A stretch of 64,000 bases of DNA from Blastocatellia bacterium (GCA_035607285.1 DATNBZ010000020.1:4505-68504), one strand, 5' to 3'. Shown: positions 38,648-48,528, counted from the stretch's first letter. Notes: generated by a model not told the origin, from the sequence alone. Translations and numbers: made by a program.

Positions 38648-39607
38648 ATGTTCAAGGAAAGCGTTGTAGCAGTTCTGTGCCTGATAATGCCGTCGGCGTT
38701 GGTGTCCGGGCGCACGGCTTCGTCCGCGAATCCGGCGGCTGACGATAAGATAATCGGACGTTGGGACATGAAGGTCCAGGACGCGAGCGGCGCGACTTAT
38801 CCGTCGTGGTTTGAAGCGACTCGCGAAGGCGGAAAGCTCGCGGGCCGATTTGTTGGACGGTTCGGCAGCCAGCGACCCATCAAGTCCATCGAGTACGCCG
38901 ACGGCCATCTCAAATTCAGGTTGCCGATTCAGTATGAGAGTCGAAAGACCGATCTCGAGTTTGAAGCAAAGCTGGTTGGCGATCGTCTCGAGGGTACGGC
39001 TCCTGATGCCGATGGGAAGCCGATGAAATGGACCGCGGTGCGCGCGCCGAAGCTCGAACGCAAATCGTCGCCGCGATGGGAGAAGCCGATCACGCTGTTC
39101 AACGGACGCGATATGAGTGGTTGGCATGTGCGCGACGCGTCGAAAGCGGATACGTGGCGAGTCGCGGCTGGTGTGATGGAGAATACGCCTCACGGGACCG
39201 ACATCGTCACCGACCAGAAGTTCACCGACTTCAAGCTGCACGTCGAGTTCAAGATGGTCGAGAAGAGCAATAGCGGGGTCTACCTGCGCGGGCGCTATGA
39301 GGTCCAGATCGAAGACAACTTCGGACAAGAGCCCGAGAGCCACCGCATCGGAGGCATCTACGGTTTCGTCACCCCTTCGAGCAATCCATGTAAGAAGGCC
39401 GGCGAGTGGCAGACCTACGATATAACCCTGATCGGCCGCACGGTGACGGTAGTCTTGAATGGTACGGCTATCATCGAGAAGGCCGAGATTCCGGGCATCA
39501 CCGGAGGCGCGCTCGATAGCAACGAAGGCGAGGCCGGCGCGATAATGCTTCAGGGCGATCACGAGAAGATTTACTATCGCAACATCGTGATCACTCCAGC
39601 AAAGTGA
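38648..39607 (+). CDS. DUF1080-domain protein (3-keto-disaccharide hydrolase family), secreted
   Basis: Concanavalin-like DUF1080 C-terminal half 'GVYLRGRYEVQIEDNFG...YYRNIVI'; start at MFKE (38648) after the GGGAGAG RBS. Confidence 0.8.
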   Translation: MFKESVVAVLCLIMPSALVSGRTASSANPAADDKIIGRWDMKVQDASGATYPSWFEATREGGKLAGRFVGRFGSQRPIKSIEYADGHLKFRLPIQYESRKTDLEFEAKLVGDRLEGTAPDADGKPMKWTAVRAPKLERKSSPRWEKPITLFNGRDMSGWHVRDASKADTWRVAAGVMENTPHGTDIVTDQKFTDFKLHVEFKMVEKSNSGVYLRGRYEVQIEDNFGQEPESHRIGGIYGFVTPSSNPCKKAGEWQTYDITLIGRTVTVVLNGTAIIEKAEIPGITGGALDSNEGEAGAIMLQGDHEKIYYRNIVITPAK

Positions 39608-39939
39608 GCCAAACAGTCATGCCACAAAGGCACGAAGACACAAAGCTCCACGAAGAAAGGCCCTGGTGATTCTTGGCGCTTTCGTGTCTTCATGGCATTT
39701 CTTCCGCAACTCAAAGATTGCATCACTACAAAAAAAACAAACCAACATGCACCGCACGGCGTCTAAGACAACGTGTGCCTGAGGAACCTACGTCCGAGTG
39801 GTCTTTTGTTGGCACAGACGAGCAGTCAAACAATTAACCCGCCCCAACCTCATCGCCGGCAGGTGCAAGCCATCTCTTATGCGTCACGGACGTTCCGACC
39901 CGCGCAAACGTCTAATTCAGTCCTATCAGGAAAAGGTGA

Positions 39940-42045
39940 ATGACCGACTACACACTTCAAACCAGCCTACCCGCTCGTAACAGAATGGAAGCAACACGCG
40001 TCTCTCCTATTGCTCGATGGATTCGAGGATTTGCGCTTTATGGAGTTTGGTTAGTGATGCTCACGATGCCGGCTCACGCGCAAGAGCTGAGCAATGACAC
40101 TTTGAGTTTGCGGTTGAGCGTCACGCCTGAAAACATTCCCGTAATCGATGAGGCGGTATGGAAGGCGACGGGCCAGGCGGTGTTTCAGGACATGGGCACG
40201 CCTGATGGCCTCAGCGCGTGGGTTCCGTCGGGGTTGATTCCAGCAGCCCAGACGACCCCGCCAGCCTGGGTTATCACACAAGGCGATGACCTCACGACCG
40301 CCGAAGCCACCTGCGAGCTTTCAAACAAGATTCTCATTACCTGGATCGTTGAGCTCCCGAATCGAGGGCAGCTCTTTCGCGTGCATATCCGGCTGACTAA
40401 TGGCGGCAAGAAAGCGCAGGTCGTCGATTCGTTTCCCGCGTGGTCGGCCAATTGGAACGTCGCCGGACAATCGCAATGGGCGCGCTGGTGGAAATCTCTC
40501 GAGTACAACCGCGTCGAGGAAGCATTGACGGCCACCAGTCAGATTCGTTTCGGTAGCCGGCTGCATAGCTCCGATGTCGTCGCGGAAGGAGTCAATCCAT
40601 ACTGGGTTGTCGGCGGTCCCGATCGTCGCATCTATTTCGGTTTGCAATGGTGCGGCGGCTGGAGCGCGAGACTCCAGGGACTTGATAATGGCTTTACGTT
40701 TTCGGTTGGTTTGCCCTCTGAAGAGACGCAACTGGTTCTCAAACGGGGCGAGACCATTGAAGGCCCCGCGCTGCTGGTCACGCCAATGCCCGCGTCTGAC
40801 GACCTCAGCGGCCGATCGACCTGGATGAGCCAGCGATACTCGCTGGGGCGCATTCTGTATTCCGGTCCTTCGGTGTCATTCCCGTTGACTTACAATCATT
40901 GGTATGCGGCTCGCGCGGACGTGGATGAAGACTTCTTGAATAGACAAATAGCCGCGATGTCCCCCTATTCGTTTGATGCTTTCGTTATCGACGCCGGATG
41001 GTTTGCCGAAGGGCGTTGGAAGCCTGACTCCGCAAAATTTCAACCCGATGAGTTCGTAGCCATGCTGGCTTCTCTCAAAGAGAACGGCATAAGACCCGGT
41101 CTCTGGTCGACTCCGCAATACGTGAGCGAAGACGACGATGAATCAGCCTTGACTATAGAACAGCCGCCGGTCGCCTCGAACTTCTTAAGCGGTTACCTGG
41201 TTGATATGGCGCAACCCGAATTCCAGGGTTATCTGACGGACCATGTCCAAATCCTGCGAAACAAGTATTCCATCGAGTACTGGAAATACGATCAGCCCTT
41301 ATTCACCGATCAGTCGCGCGCGGGGGCGATGAAGAATGTCATCGGTTTCCAGAACGCAATGAAAGCCGTGCGTAACGCCAACCCCGATCTCATGATTGAG
41401 AATTGCTTGAACGGCGGGCGAATGATCAACGAGTTCACTCTGCTGACCACGCAGGCGACCTGGCTCAAGGATCTTGGCGCGAAAGTGCCGGACCCGCGTG
41501 GGAACATCTCAGTCTCGCTGAACGCGCTGGATTTTGTCTTCCCGTGGGCAGCGCTTCGCTTCACGATCAATCTGGATCGCATGGATCAAGACGATGACGA
41601 AGCGCTGCGGCTCTACTGCCGCAGCGCGATGGCTGGCATATGGGGCTTTTCCACGGACCTGTCGAAGATCAGCGACCGGCAGCAGGGCATTGTGCTGAAG
41701 GAGATTGAGAATTATCGCCAGTTGAATCATCTGAAGTTTTCCTGCCAATATGACCTGCAATTGCCGAGCGATACGGCCGACGTCGCAGGTGTAACCTTCT
41801 ACAGCAGAAGACGGTTCAATGCGGGAGTCTTGCTTTATCGGTGGCAGCGAGACGGAGCGTTCGACCAGCGAGTCAGTCTGTCCAGGCTGAAGTCCGGCGT
41901 GACCTACCACGTAGTGGATGCAGATACCGGGACCGAGATCATCGCCAGCGGCAGTGATCTGATCAGCAATGGCGTTACCGTACCTTTCAGTGCGGAGCGC
42001 CAGTCGGCGTTGCTATTCATAGAGCCGGTCGTACAATCTCCCTAG
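39940..42045 (+). CDS. GH36-like alpha-galactosidase family glycoside hydrolase
   Basis: 'FVIDAGWF', 'GLWSTP', 'IEYWKYDQ' (KxD nucleophile motif) and 'IENCLNGGRMINEF' match the GH36 catalytic-core pattern; start could be M16 (39985). Confidence 0.65.
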   Translation: MTDYTLQTSLPARNRMEATRVSPIARWIRGFALYGVWLVMLTMPAHAQELSNDTLSLRLSVTPENIPVIDEAVWKATGQAVFQDMGTPDGLSAWVPSGLIPAAQTTPPAWVITQGDDLTTAEATCELSNKILITWIVELPNRGQLFRVHIRLTNGGKKAQVVDSFPAWSANWNVAGQSQWARWWKSLEYNRVEEALTATSQIRFGSRLHSSDVVAEGVNPYWVVGGPDRRIYFGLQWCGGWSARLQGLDNGFTFSVGLPSEETQLVLKRGETIEGPALLVTPMPASDDLSGRSTWMSQRYSLGRILYSGPSVSFPLTYNHWYAARADVDEDFLNRQIAAMSPYSFDAFVIDAGWFAEGRWKPDSAKFQPDEFVAMLASLKENGIRPGLWSTPQYVSEDDDESALTIEQPPVASNFLSGYLVDMAQPEFQGYLTDHVQILRNKYSIEYWKYDQPLFTDQSRAGAMKNVIGFQNAMKAVRNANPDLMIENCLNGGRMINEFTLLTTQATWLKDLGAKVPDPRGNISVSLNALDFVFPWAALRFTINLDRMDQDDDEALRLYCRSAMAGIWGFSTDLSKISDRQQGIVLKEIENYRQLNHLKFSCQYDLQLPSDTADVAGVTFYSRRRFNAGVLLYRWQRDGAFDQRVSLSRLKSGVTYHVVDADTGTEIIASGSDLISNGVTVPFSAERQSALLFIEPVVQSP

Positions 42046-42046
42046 A

Positions 42047-42135
42047 CTTGTAAGGGCGTCCCTCCGTGGGCGCCCCTCTTTGCGGCTCACTTCGATCACC
42101 GATGAGGGGCGCCCGCGGAGGGACGCCCTTACATG
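42047..42135. repeat. Palindromic element, family 1 variant (GGGCGTCCCTCCGTGGGCGCCCCTC arms)
   Basis: 'cttgtaagggcgtccctccgtgggcgcccctc' ... 'gaggggcgcccgcggagggacgcccttacatg'; its terminal ATG is the ORF start of the next gene. Confidence 0.65.
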
Positions 42136-42975
42136 TCCATCACGATATCGTCAAAACGACATTCGCCACAGACGCTTGTTGCCTTCGTTCGCGCGATGGC
42201 GCAACATGTTCGTCAAATGATCTTCCGTCAAATCATCTTCCGGTACATACATCGACTGATCGCAACGTTCATCCTTGCAGTGCTTCTTGCGTTCGCACCT
42301 GCGGTATACCCGAGTCGGTTGGCGCTGACGCAGACTATCGAGCGTCAGGAGCCGGCTGATGCACAACGCATCACTCGCCCGACGAGCAAGCCTTACACCG
42401 GCGATCTGTCGATCTTTGAAGACCCCGAGCGCGACGAGAGGCTGCAGATAAATCGCGTGATGGAAATCTTGAAGATCAAGCAGGGTTCCACCGTTGCGGA
42501 TATCGGCGCCGGTTCCGGTTGGTTCACGGTGAGAGCGGCCAGGCGCGTTGGCACAACCGGCAATGTGTACGCGGTGGAAATAAATCGCGAATTTCTGGAG
42601 CACATCGAAGCGCGCGCAGGTAAGGAGAAGCTCTCGAACGTTCACGCGGTGCTTGGCAAAGAGGACGACCCATTGCTTCCGCGCGAGAGCCTCGATGCCG
42701 CGCTGATCCTGAAGACCTACCACGAGATCGCCCAACCGATTCTGTTGCTCTCGCATCTTCGCGAATCTATGCGCGCCGGAGCGCTGCTTGGCATCATCGA
42801 TAAAGACGGCAACGGCAGGAATCACGGAATCAATCGGGAGGTGGTGATCAAAGAAGCGGCCAAAGCGGGCTTCTCACTGGTTGACCAGTATGACTTTGTG
42901 AAGCCGGACGGCATGGATTATTTCCTCGTCCTCCGTCCTTCGGGTGCTTTGCGGTCCTTTGCGCCTTTGCGCTGA
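42133..42975 (+). CDS. Class I SAM-dependent methyltransferase
   Basis: Motif I 'VADIGAGSGWFT'; N-terminal start codon lies in the family-1 repeat and the last about 10 codons lie in a family-2 repeat, so both ends are uncertain. Confidence 0.7.
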   Translation: MSITISSKRHSPQTLVAFVRAMAQHVRQMIFRQIIFRYIHRLIATFILAVLLAFAPAVYPSRLALTQTIERQEPADAQRITRPTSKPYTGDLSIFEDPERDERLQINRVMEILKIKQGSTVADIGAGSGWFTVRAARRVGTTGNVYAVEINREFLEHIEARAGKEKLSNVHAVLGKEDDPLLPRESLDAALILKTYHEIAQPILLLSHLRESMRAGALLGIIDKDGNGRNHGINREVVIKEAAKAGFSLVDQYDFVKPDGMDYFLVLRPSGALRSFAPLR

Positions 42976-43040
42976 GTATCGGATTTTGCTCCCTCAATAC
43001 CCAATACTCAACGCAAAGGCGCAAAGGACCGCAAAGCACG
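42943..43040. repeat. Palindromic element, family 2
   Basis: 'gtgctttgcggtcctttgcgcctttgcgctgagtat' ... 'atactcaacgcaaaggcgcaaaggaccgcaaagcacgc'. Confidence 0.7.
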
Positions 43041-43273
43041 CGGAGGTTATTCAGCAACGCGGAATCCGAACACCACTACCCAAATTTTCGCCAGGCCGGA
43101 CTACGATCTCTTCCTGGTCACGCCTTCTTGACCTTCACTTGCCTTGCTCGTTCCGATAGCTGTAACTCCCGCAGTGGATGTTGCGTACCTATTTATTGTC
43201 GAAAGAATCATCAAGATGGATTGATAGATAGGTTCATTGCGCCCCAGGGTTAAGGAAGAACTGCCTGCCTCCG

Positions 43274-44575
43274 ATGAGCCCCATCGTGCGCTCCATAATG
43301 AAACAGGGTATTATTAACAAAGATGAGCTTATGACAATTAGTCTCTTAAACCTTCGCATGATCTCCAGTCATTATCTTCGAATCCTCTCGGGGGCCGGAC
43401 TGATCGCGGTCCTCATCCTCTCTTCCGCCGCCTGCAAGAGCGGTTATCCTGTTTCGGCCAGGAACGCCTCGGGCGAAGCGACAGAAGCCAGACCGGTGAA
43501 AGTGTCTGCCGCTTCTGAAATCTCAATGGAGCGAACTATCACCGTAACCGGGACACTTGCGGCTTTCGACCAGGCGACCGTCAGCGCGAAGGTGCCCGGC
43601 CGGCTCGCGTCCATTTCGGTTGATCTCGGCACCGTGCTGCGACAGGGCCAGGTCATTGCTCAAATCGAGAAGCAGGATTATCAACTCCGGCTTCAACAGG
43701 CGGAAGCGGCGCTTTCGCAAGCGCGAGCCCGAGTTGGATTGCCTCCTGAAGGTAAGGATGATCGCATAGTAACCGAAGAGACCGGCACCGTCAGATCGGC
43801 CCAGGCGCTGCTCGACGATGCCAAGGTCAAACTCGATCGGGCTGAAGGGCTCGTCAAGCGCGGCGTTCTTGCAAAGGCGCAGCTCGACAGCGCCGCTTCA
43901 GATTACAAGGTTGCGCTCAGCCGGTATCAGGATGCGATCGAGGAGATTCGAAACCGGCAGGCGCTGGTGGTACAACGCCGTTCGGAACTCGAAATCGCGC
44001 GCCAGCAGCTTACCGATTCGGCAATCTATGCGCCGTTCGACGGTGTCATTCAGGAGAAGCGGGCAAGCATCGGCGAGTATATTGCGGCCGGCGCTCCGGT
44101 GGTCACCATAGTCAGAATGGATCCGCTGCGTTTGCGCGCGGAAGTGCCCGAGCGTGAGTCGCGCAGCGTTCACGTCGGCCAGGAAGTTCGAGTGACGCTC
44201 GAAGGCGATTCAAGCGTTTACACCGGAAAGATCGCCCGCATAAGCCCGGCCATCACCGCGCAGAATCGCGTGTTGATCGTGGAAGCTGAAGTTCGGAATA
44301 ACGGTACCCTTCGTCCCGGATCATTCGCGCGCGCGGAAATTGTTTCAGCCGATAGAGCTCCGGCGCTGGCGGTTCCCACGGCTGCGCTTGTGAGCTTCGC
44401 GGGAATCGACAAAGTGATCCTCGCGCAAGGCGGCAAAGCGGTCGAGACTCCAATCACTCTCGGACGCCGAACCGCTGAATGGGCCGAGGTCCTGGCGGGA
44501 TTGAAAGTCGGCGACCCTGTGATAATCAGTCCCGGCAACCTTCAATCGGGTCAGCCGGTGGTGATAACGGAGTAG
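43274..44575 (+). CDS. Efflux RND transporter periplasmic adaptor subunit (membrane fusion protein)
   Basis: Lipobox 'LILSSAAC', coiled-coil then beta-barrel MFP architecture; true start probably M20 or M29 of the ORF-track ORF. Confidence 0.8.
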   Translation: MSPIVRSIMKQGIINKDELMTISLLNLRMISSHYLRILSGAGLIAVLILSSAACKSGYPVSARNASGEATEARPVKVSAASEISMERTITVTGTLAAFDQATVSAKVPGRLASISVDLGTVLRQGQVIAQIEKQDYQLRLQQAEAALSQARARVGLPPEGKDDRIVTEETGTVRSAQALLDDAKVKLDRAEGLVKRGVLAKAQLDSAASDYKVALSRYQDAIEEIRNRQALVVQRRSELEIARQQLTDSAIYAPFDGVIQEKRASIGEYIAAGAPVVTIVRMDPLRLRAEVPERESRSVHVGQEVRVTLEGDSSVYTGKIARISPAITAQNRVLIVEAEVRNNGTLRPGSFARAEIVSADRAPALAVPTAALVSFAGIDKVILAQGGKAVETPITLGRRTAEWAEVLAGLKVGDPVIISPGNLQSGQPVVITE

Positions 44576-44697
44576 TTCGGAGTTCAGGGTTCAGAGTTCC
44601 GGGTTCGAACTCTGAACTCGGAACCCTGAACCCTGAACCCTGAACTCTGAACCCTGAACTCTGAACTCTGAACCCTGAACTCGGAACCCCAGTTTTT
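44576..44697. repeat. CTGAAC-family palindromic/tandem element
   Basis: 'gagttcagggttcagagttccgggttcgaactctgaactcggaaccctgaaccctgaaccctgaactctgaaccctgaactctgaactctgaaccctgaactcggaacccc'. Confidence 0.6.
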
Positions 44698-47600
44698 ATG
44701 CAGAAGCTCGCAGAAATTTGTATCAAGCGCCCGGTGTTCGCGGCGATGATCATCCTCGCTCTCGTGGTGGTTGGCGCTGCCAGCTACTTCCGCCTCGGCG
44801 TCGATCGTTTTCCCTCTGTAGACCTTCCGACCGTCAGCGTGCGCACGAGTCTGCGTGGCGCGGCGCCTGAAGAGGTCGAGAGCGAGGTCTCACAAAAAAT
44901 CGAAGAGGTTGTAAACACAGTCGAAGGCATACAGGAATTGCGCTCGATTTCCTTTCAAGGCAGTTCGTTCGTCATCGTTTCGTTCAACCTCGATCGAAAC
45001 ATAGATATCGCCGCGCAGGACATTCGCGATCGCGTTTCGACAATAACCCGCGACTTGCCGAAGGACGTTGACCCTCCGGTGATCGCGAAGTTCAACAACG
45101 ACTCATCGCCGGTCATTACCATCGCGCTTTCAGCGGACCGCCCCCTTCGCGAACTGACCGAGCTTGCCGACAAGGTGGTGAAGGTCCAGCTCGAAAGATC
45201 GACCGGAGTCGGAGAGGTTTCCATCACCGGCGGTCTAAACCGCGCTATCAATGTCTGGGTGGATCCTGACAGGCTTGCAGCGTATCAGATACCGATAACC
45301 ACGATTCGCAACGCCATCGTCCGTCAGAACGCCGACGCGCCGGGCGGCAACGTTACGTCAGGCGCTCACGAGCAGGGCCTTCGCACGATGAGCCGCGTCG
45401 TGGATCCGAAGCTCTTCGGTGATCTTGTGGTCACAAACATCAACGGCGCGCCTGTCCGGGTGCGCGACGTTGGCTGGGCTGAAGACGGAACAAAGGAGCA
45501 GCGCACGCTTGCCCGCTTGAACGGAGTGCCAACGGTCACACTTGAAGTGCAACGCCAATCGGGGGCCAACACTATCGAAGTGATTGAGGGTGTGAAGAAG
45601 GCCCTCGCTCGTGTAGCCGGTCAGATTCCGTCCGACGTCAAGATGGAAGTGATCCGCGATCAATCTCGTTACATCTACGCCGCCCTTCACGAGATCAACC
45701 TTCACCTCATACTGGGGAGCATTCTCGCGTGTCTGGTCGTTCTGTTGTTCGTGCGAAGCTGGCGCTCGACGCTGATCGCGGGCATCGCAATTCCGGCCTC
45801 GGTTATCGCGTCGTTTGGAATGATGAGGGCGCTGAACTTCACGCTGAACAGCGTGACCATGCTCGCGCTGGTGCTGATGGTAGGAATAGTCATCGACGAT
45901 GCGATCGTAGTGCTTGAAAACATTTTCCGCTTCGTCGAGGAAAAGAAGATGCGGCCTTTCGAAGCCGCTCGCGCCGCGACCGCTGAGATCGGGATGGCGG
46001 TGATGGCTACGACCTTGAGCCTGGTCGTAATCTTCATTCCTGTGTCGTTCATGTCCAGTGTGTCGGGACGCTTCCTGTACCAGTTCGGCATCACCGCCGC
46101 GGTTGCGATCATGGTGAGCCTGCTTGTTTCGTTCACGCTGACCCCTATGATGAGCGCTCGTTTGCTTCGCGCTGAGGACGCCGGCGGTCACGATCAGGCG
46201 AAATCACGGTCGGGCTTCTACGGGTGGATAGATCGGGTCTATACCAGCCTGCTGCTGTTCGCGATGCGACATCGCGTGGCAGTCGCCGTTCTCGCGCTGC
46301 TGGTTATTTTTTCATCTGTTCCTCTCTACGGCATTGTGAAGCAGGACTACTTGCCAAGCGACGTGGACGAATCCGAATTCGACGTCAACATCACCGCCCG
46401 GGAAGGCACGAGCTTCGCGTCGATGGAGGAGGTGATGCGAGCCGTTGAAGCGGATCTTCGCACGACTCCGGGCGTTCAGGTTGTGCTGGCGACCGCAGGC
46501 GGGGGCTTCAACGGCAACGTCAGCCAGGGCAGCGCTTACATTCGCATAGCGCCAATCGAAGAGCGCAGCTTTTCGATCGAGCGCCTCTGGCATGGAGTCA
46601 GTCACGGACATCCGCTCGAGGCTTTTCAAACCAACTACTCTCAGCGCGACGTGATGCAGGAGATTCGCAGTCGCCTGAGAAAGTACAAAGACCTTCGCAC
46701 CTCTGTGCGAAACGCGCCGTCGTTCAACATCGGCGGCGGCGGATTCGACATAGACTTCAACCTGCGCGGGCCAGACCTTGAAGCCCTTGCGAGTTATGCC
46801 GATCAGCTTCGCCTGCGCGCGCCGGAGCTTGGAATCGTCGACGCCGACACGACCCTGAAGCTGGATAAGCCCGAGCTGCGCGTTGAAATCGATCGAACGC
46901 GCGCCGCCGATCTGGGCGTATCAACCGACGATATCGCCTCCGCGTTGCAGTTGATGGTTGGAGGCGATCAGCGAGTCTCGCGCTTCCACGACGCGGCGGT
47001 CAACGACGATTATGACGTTCAGCTACGGCTGACTAATGGCCAGCGAAATGACCCCGCGGCGATTTCGCGGCTTTACGTGTCGCGGCAGAACGGGGAACTT
47101 GCGCGACTGGATAATCTTGTGAGTGTGGTTCCCGGCAAGACCGCGTCGCGCATCGATCGGCTCGATCGCCAGCGGCTGGTATCGCTGCGCGCGGCAGTGG
47201 CGCCCGGTTACGCGCTTGCCGACCGGCTTGACGCTCTCCGCAAGGCGGTTGCCGATATGCACCTGCCCGCCGCGTACACCACCAGTGTTTCTGGCCGCGC
47301 GCGTGAGCTCGAGCGGACGTTCAACGAGTTTATCTGGGCGTTCCTGCTTTCGGTCATATTCATGTATATGATCCTCGCATCGCAGTTCGAGAGCGTGGTT
47401 CACCCGCTGACCATCCTGCTATCGCTTCCGCTTTCGATTCCGTTTGCGTTGTTCTCGCTGTGGGTAACCGGCAACACGCTGAATCTGTACTCGGCGCTCG
47501 GCATACTGGTGCTGTTCGGCGTGGTGAAGAAGAACGCCATTCTCCAGATTGATCACATGAACGGACTACGCAACCGGGGAATGGATCGCCCCACCGCGAT

Positions 47601-47988
47601 CCTCCAGGCGAATCGCGACCGGCTTCGCCCGATTCTGATGACGACGCTCGCATTGGTGGCAGGGATGATGCCACTGGCGTTGGGAACGGGACCGGGCGCG
47701 GATGAACGACGAGCCATCGCCGTAGTAGTTATCGGCGGGCAAACGCTTTGCCTGCTGTTGACCCTGGTGGTAACGCCGGTTGCGTATTCGGTGTTTGATG
47801 ATATGGCTGCCACTGAGGCGTGGCGCTCGCTGGCGAATCGGATCTACGCGATAACCCATCCGTTCAGGAAACGAGTAAAGTCAGCCGTATCCGGCGCGTC
47901 GGTGTCTGCCGAGATAGATAGCATCGGCGCGGAGATTGAAGCCGCCGCCAAAGCTGACGACAAAATGAAAGTCGGCGCCGGCGATTAG
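44698..47988 (+). CDS. Efflux RND transporter permease subunit (AcrB/HAE family)
   Basis: 1096 aa, 12-TMS RND architecture, 'MQKLAEICIKRPVFAAMIILALVVVG' N-term. Confidence 0.9.
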   Translation: MQKLAEICIKRPVFAAMIILALVVVGAASYFRLGVDRFPSVDLPTVSVRTSLRGAAPEEVESEVSQKIEEVVNTVEGIQELRSISFQGSSFVIVSFNLDRNIDIAAQDIRDRVSTITRDLPKDVDPPVIAKFNNDSSPVITIALSADRPLRELTELADKVVKVQLERSTGVGEVSITGGLNRAINVWVDPDRLAAYQIPITTIRNAIVRQNADAPGGNVTSGAHEQGLRTMSRVVDPKLFGDLVVTNINGAPVRVRDVGWAEDGTKEQRTLARLNGVPTVTLEVQRQSGANTIEVIEGVKKALARVAGQIPSDVKMEVIRDQSRYIYAALHEINLHLILGSILACLVVLLFVRSWRSTLIAGIAIPASVIASFGMMRALNFTLNSVTMLALVLMVGIVIDDAIVVLENIFRFVEEKKMRPFEAARAATAEIGMAVMATTLSLVVIFIPVSFMSSVSGRFLYQFGITAAVAIMVSLLVSFTLTPMMSARLLRAEDAGGHDQAKSRSGFYGWIDRVYTSLLLFAMRHRVAVAVLALLVIFSSVPLYGIVKQDYLPSDVDESEFDVNITAREGTSFASMEEVMRAVEADLRTTPGVQVVLATAGGGFNGNVSQGSAYIRIAPIEERSFSIERLWHGVSHGHPLEAFQTNYSQRDVMQEIRSRLRKYKDLRTSVRNAPSFNIGGGGFDIDFNLRGPDLEALASYADQLRLRAPELGIVDADTTLKLDKPELRVEIDRTRAADLGVSTDDIASALQLMVGGDQRVSRFHDAAVNDDYDVQLRLTNGQRNDPAAISRLYVSRQNGELARLDNLVSVVPGKTASRIDRLDRQRLVSLRAAVAPGYALADRLDALRKAVADMHLPAAYTTSVSGRARELERTFNEFIWAFLLSVIFMYMILASQFESVVHPLTILLSLPLSIPFALFSLWVTGNTLNLYSALGILVLFGVVKKNAILQIDHMNGLRNRGMDRPTAILQANRDRLRPILMTTLALVAGMMPLALGTGPGADERRAIAVVVIGGQTLCLLLTLVVTPVAYSVFDDMAATEAWRSLANRIYAITHPFRKRVKSAVSGASVSAEIDSIGAEIEAAAKADDKMKVGAGD

Positions 47989-48003
47989 GGATCTTTTCAA
48001 ACG

Positions 48004-48528
48004 TTGCAATGTGCAGAAAGAAGCGGTCCGATCACGAATAAAGAACTAGTCAACGCTATCTGTAAACAATCAAGACCTCTGATTAGATCAAAGAGGGACG
48101 TTGCCCTTCGGTCCCTGGAAAGGGTCATTCTTGTGAAGAATCTGGATAAGGTGATGGTGGGGGCGATGGGTTGCGCTCAATGGATTCGTGCAGATTTGGA
48201 ACTACTACTTCGCGCCGCATTTTGGCTAACTCTTTCAGAAGGCGCGTTACGCGCCCGAATCGTGCTGGATCAAAAGGATTTGATGCAGAAGTTTCAGAAG
48301 CGTCTGGGCTTGAGTGATGGTGAAATAGAATCTCTCTTGAAGCGATCAGACGACTTGCTGAAGAGTTTGCCTCCTGTAAAGAAACAAATTGAGAATAACG
48401 CTCAGATACTCGAGCACGACATCTGGCATCAGCCGAAACTCGCGAAACTGTATGGCCATTTCCACGGTTCGCTCTCAAAGTTGTCGCACCCAGATCCGTT
48501 TTATCTTCTTTCCGGAACTGCTCTCTAG
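48004..48528 (+). CDS. Hypothetical protein in a lower-GC segment
   Basis: ORF only; AT-richer codon usage than neighbours. Confidence 0.35.
   Translation: MQCAERSGPITNKELVNAICKQSRPLIRSKRDVALRSLERVILVKNLDKVMVGAMGCAQWIRADLELLLRAAFWLTLSEGALRARIVLDQKDLMQKFQKRLGLSDGEIESLLKRSDDLLKSLPPVKKQIENNAQILEHDIWHQPKLAKLYGHFHGSLSKLSHPDPFYLLSGTAL

Noticed and set aside
39620-39940. Lower-GC intergenic region with an imperfect hairpin (ATGCCAC...GAAGACAC / GTGTCTTC ATGGCAT)
   Set aside because: Probably just a terminator/UTR for the DUF1080 gene; no RNA gene features recognised; too little evidence to call.
44590-44610. tRNA-like GGTTCGAA motifs
   Set aside because: They lie inside CTGAAC repeat tracts with no acceptor stem or anticodon-arm context; no convincing tRNA, rRNA or tmRNA signature was found anywhere in the window.
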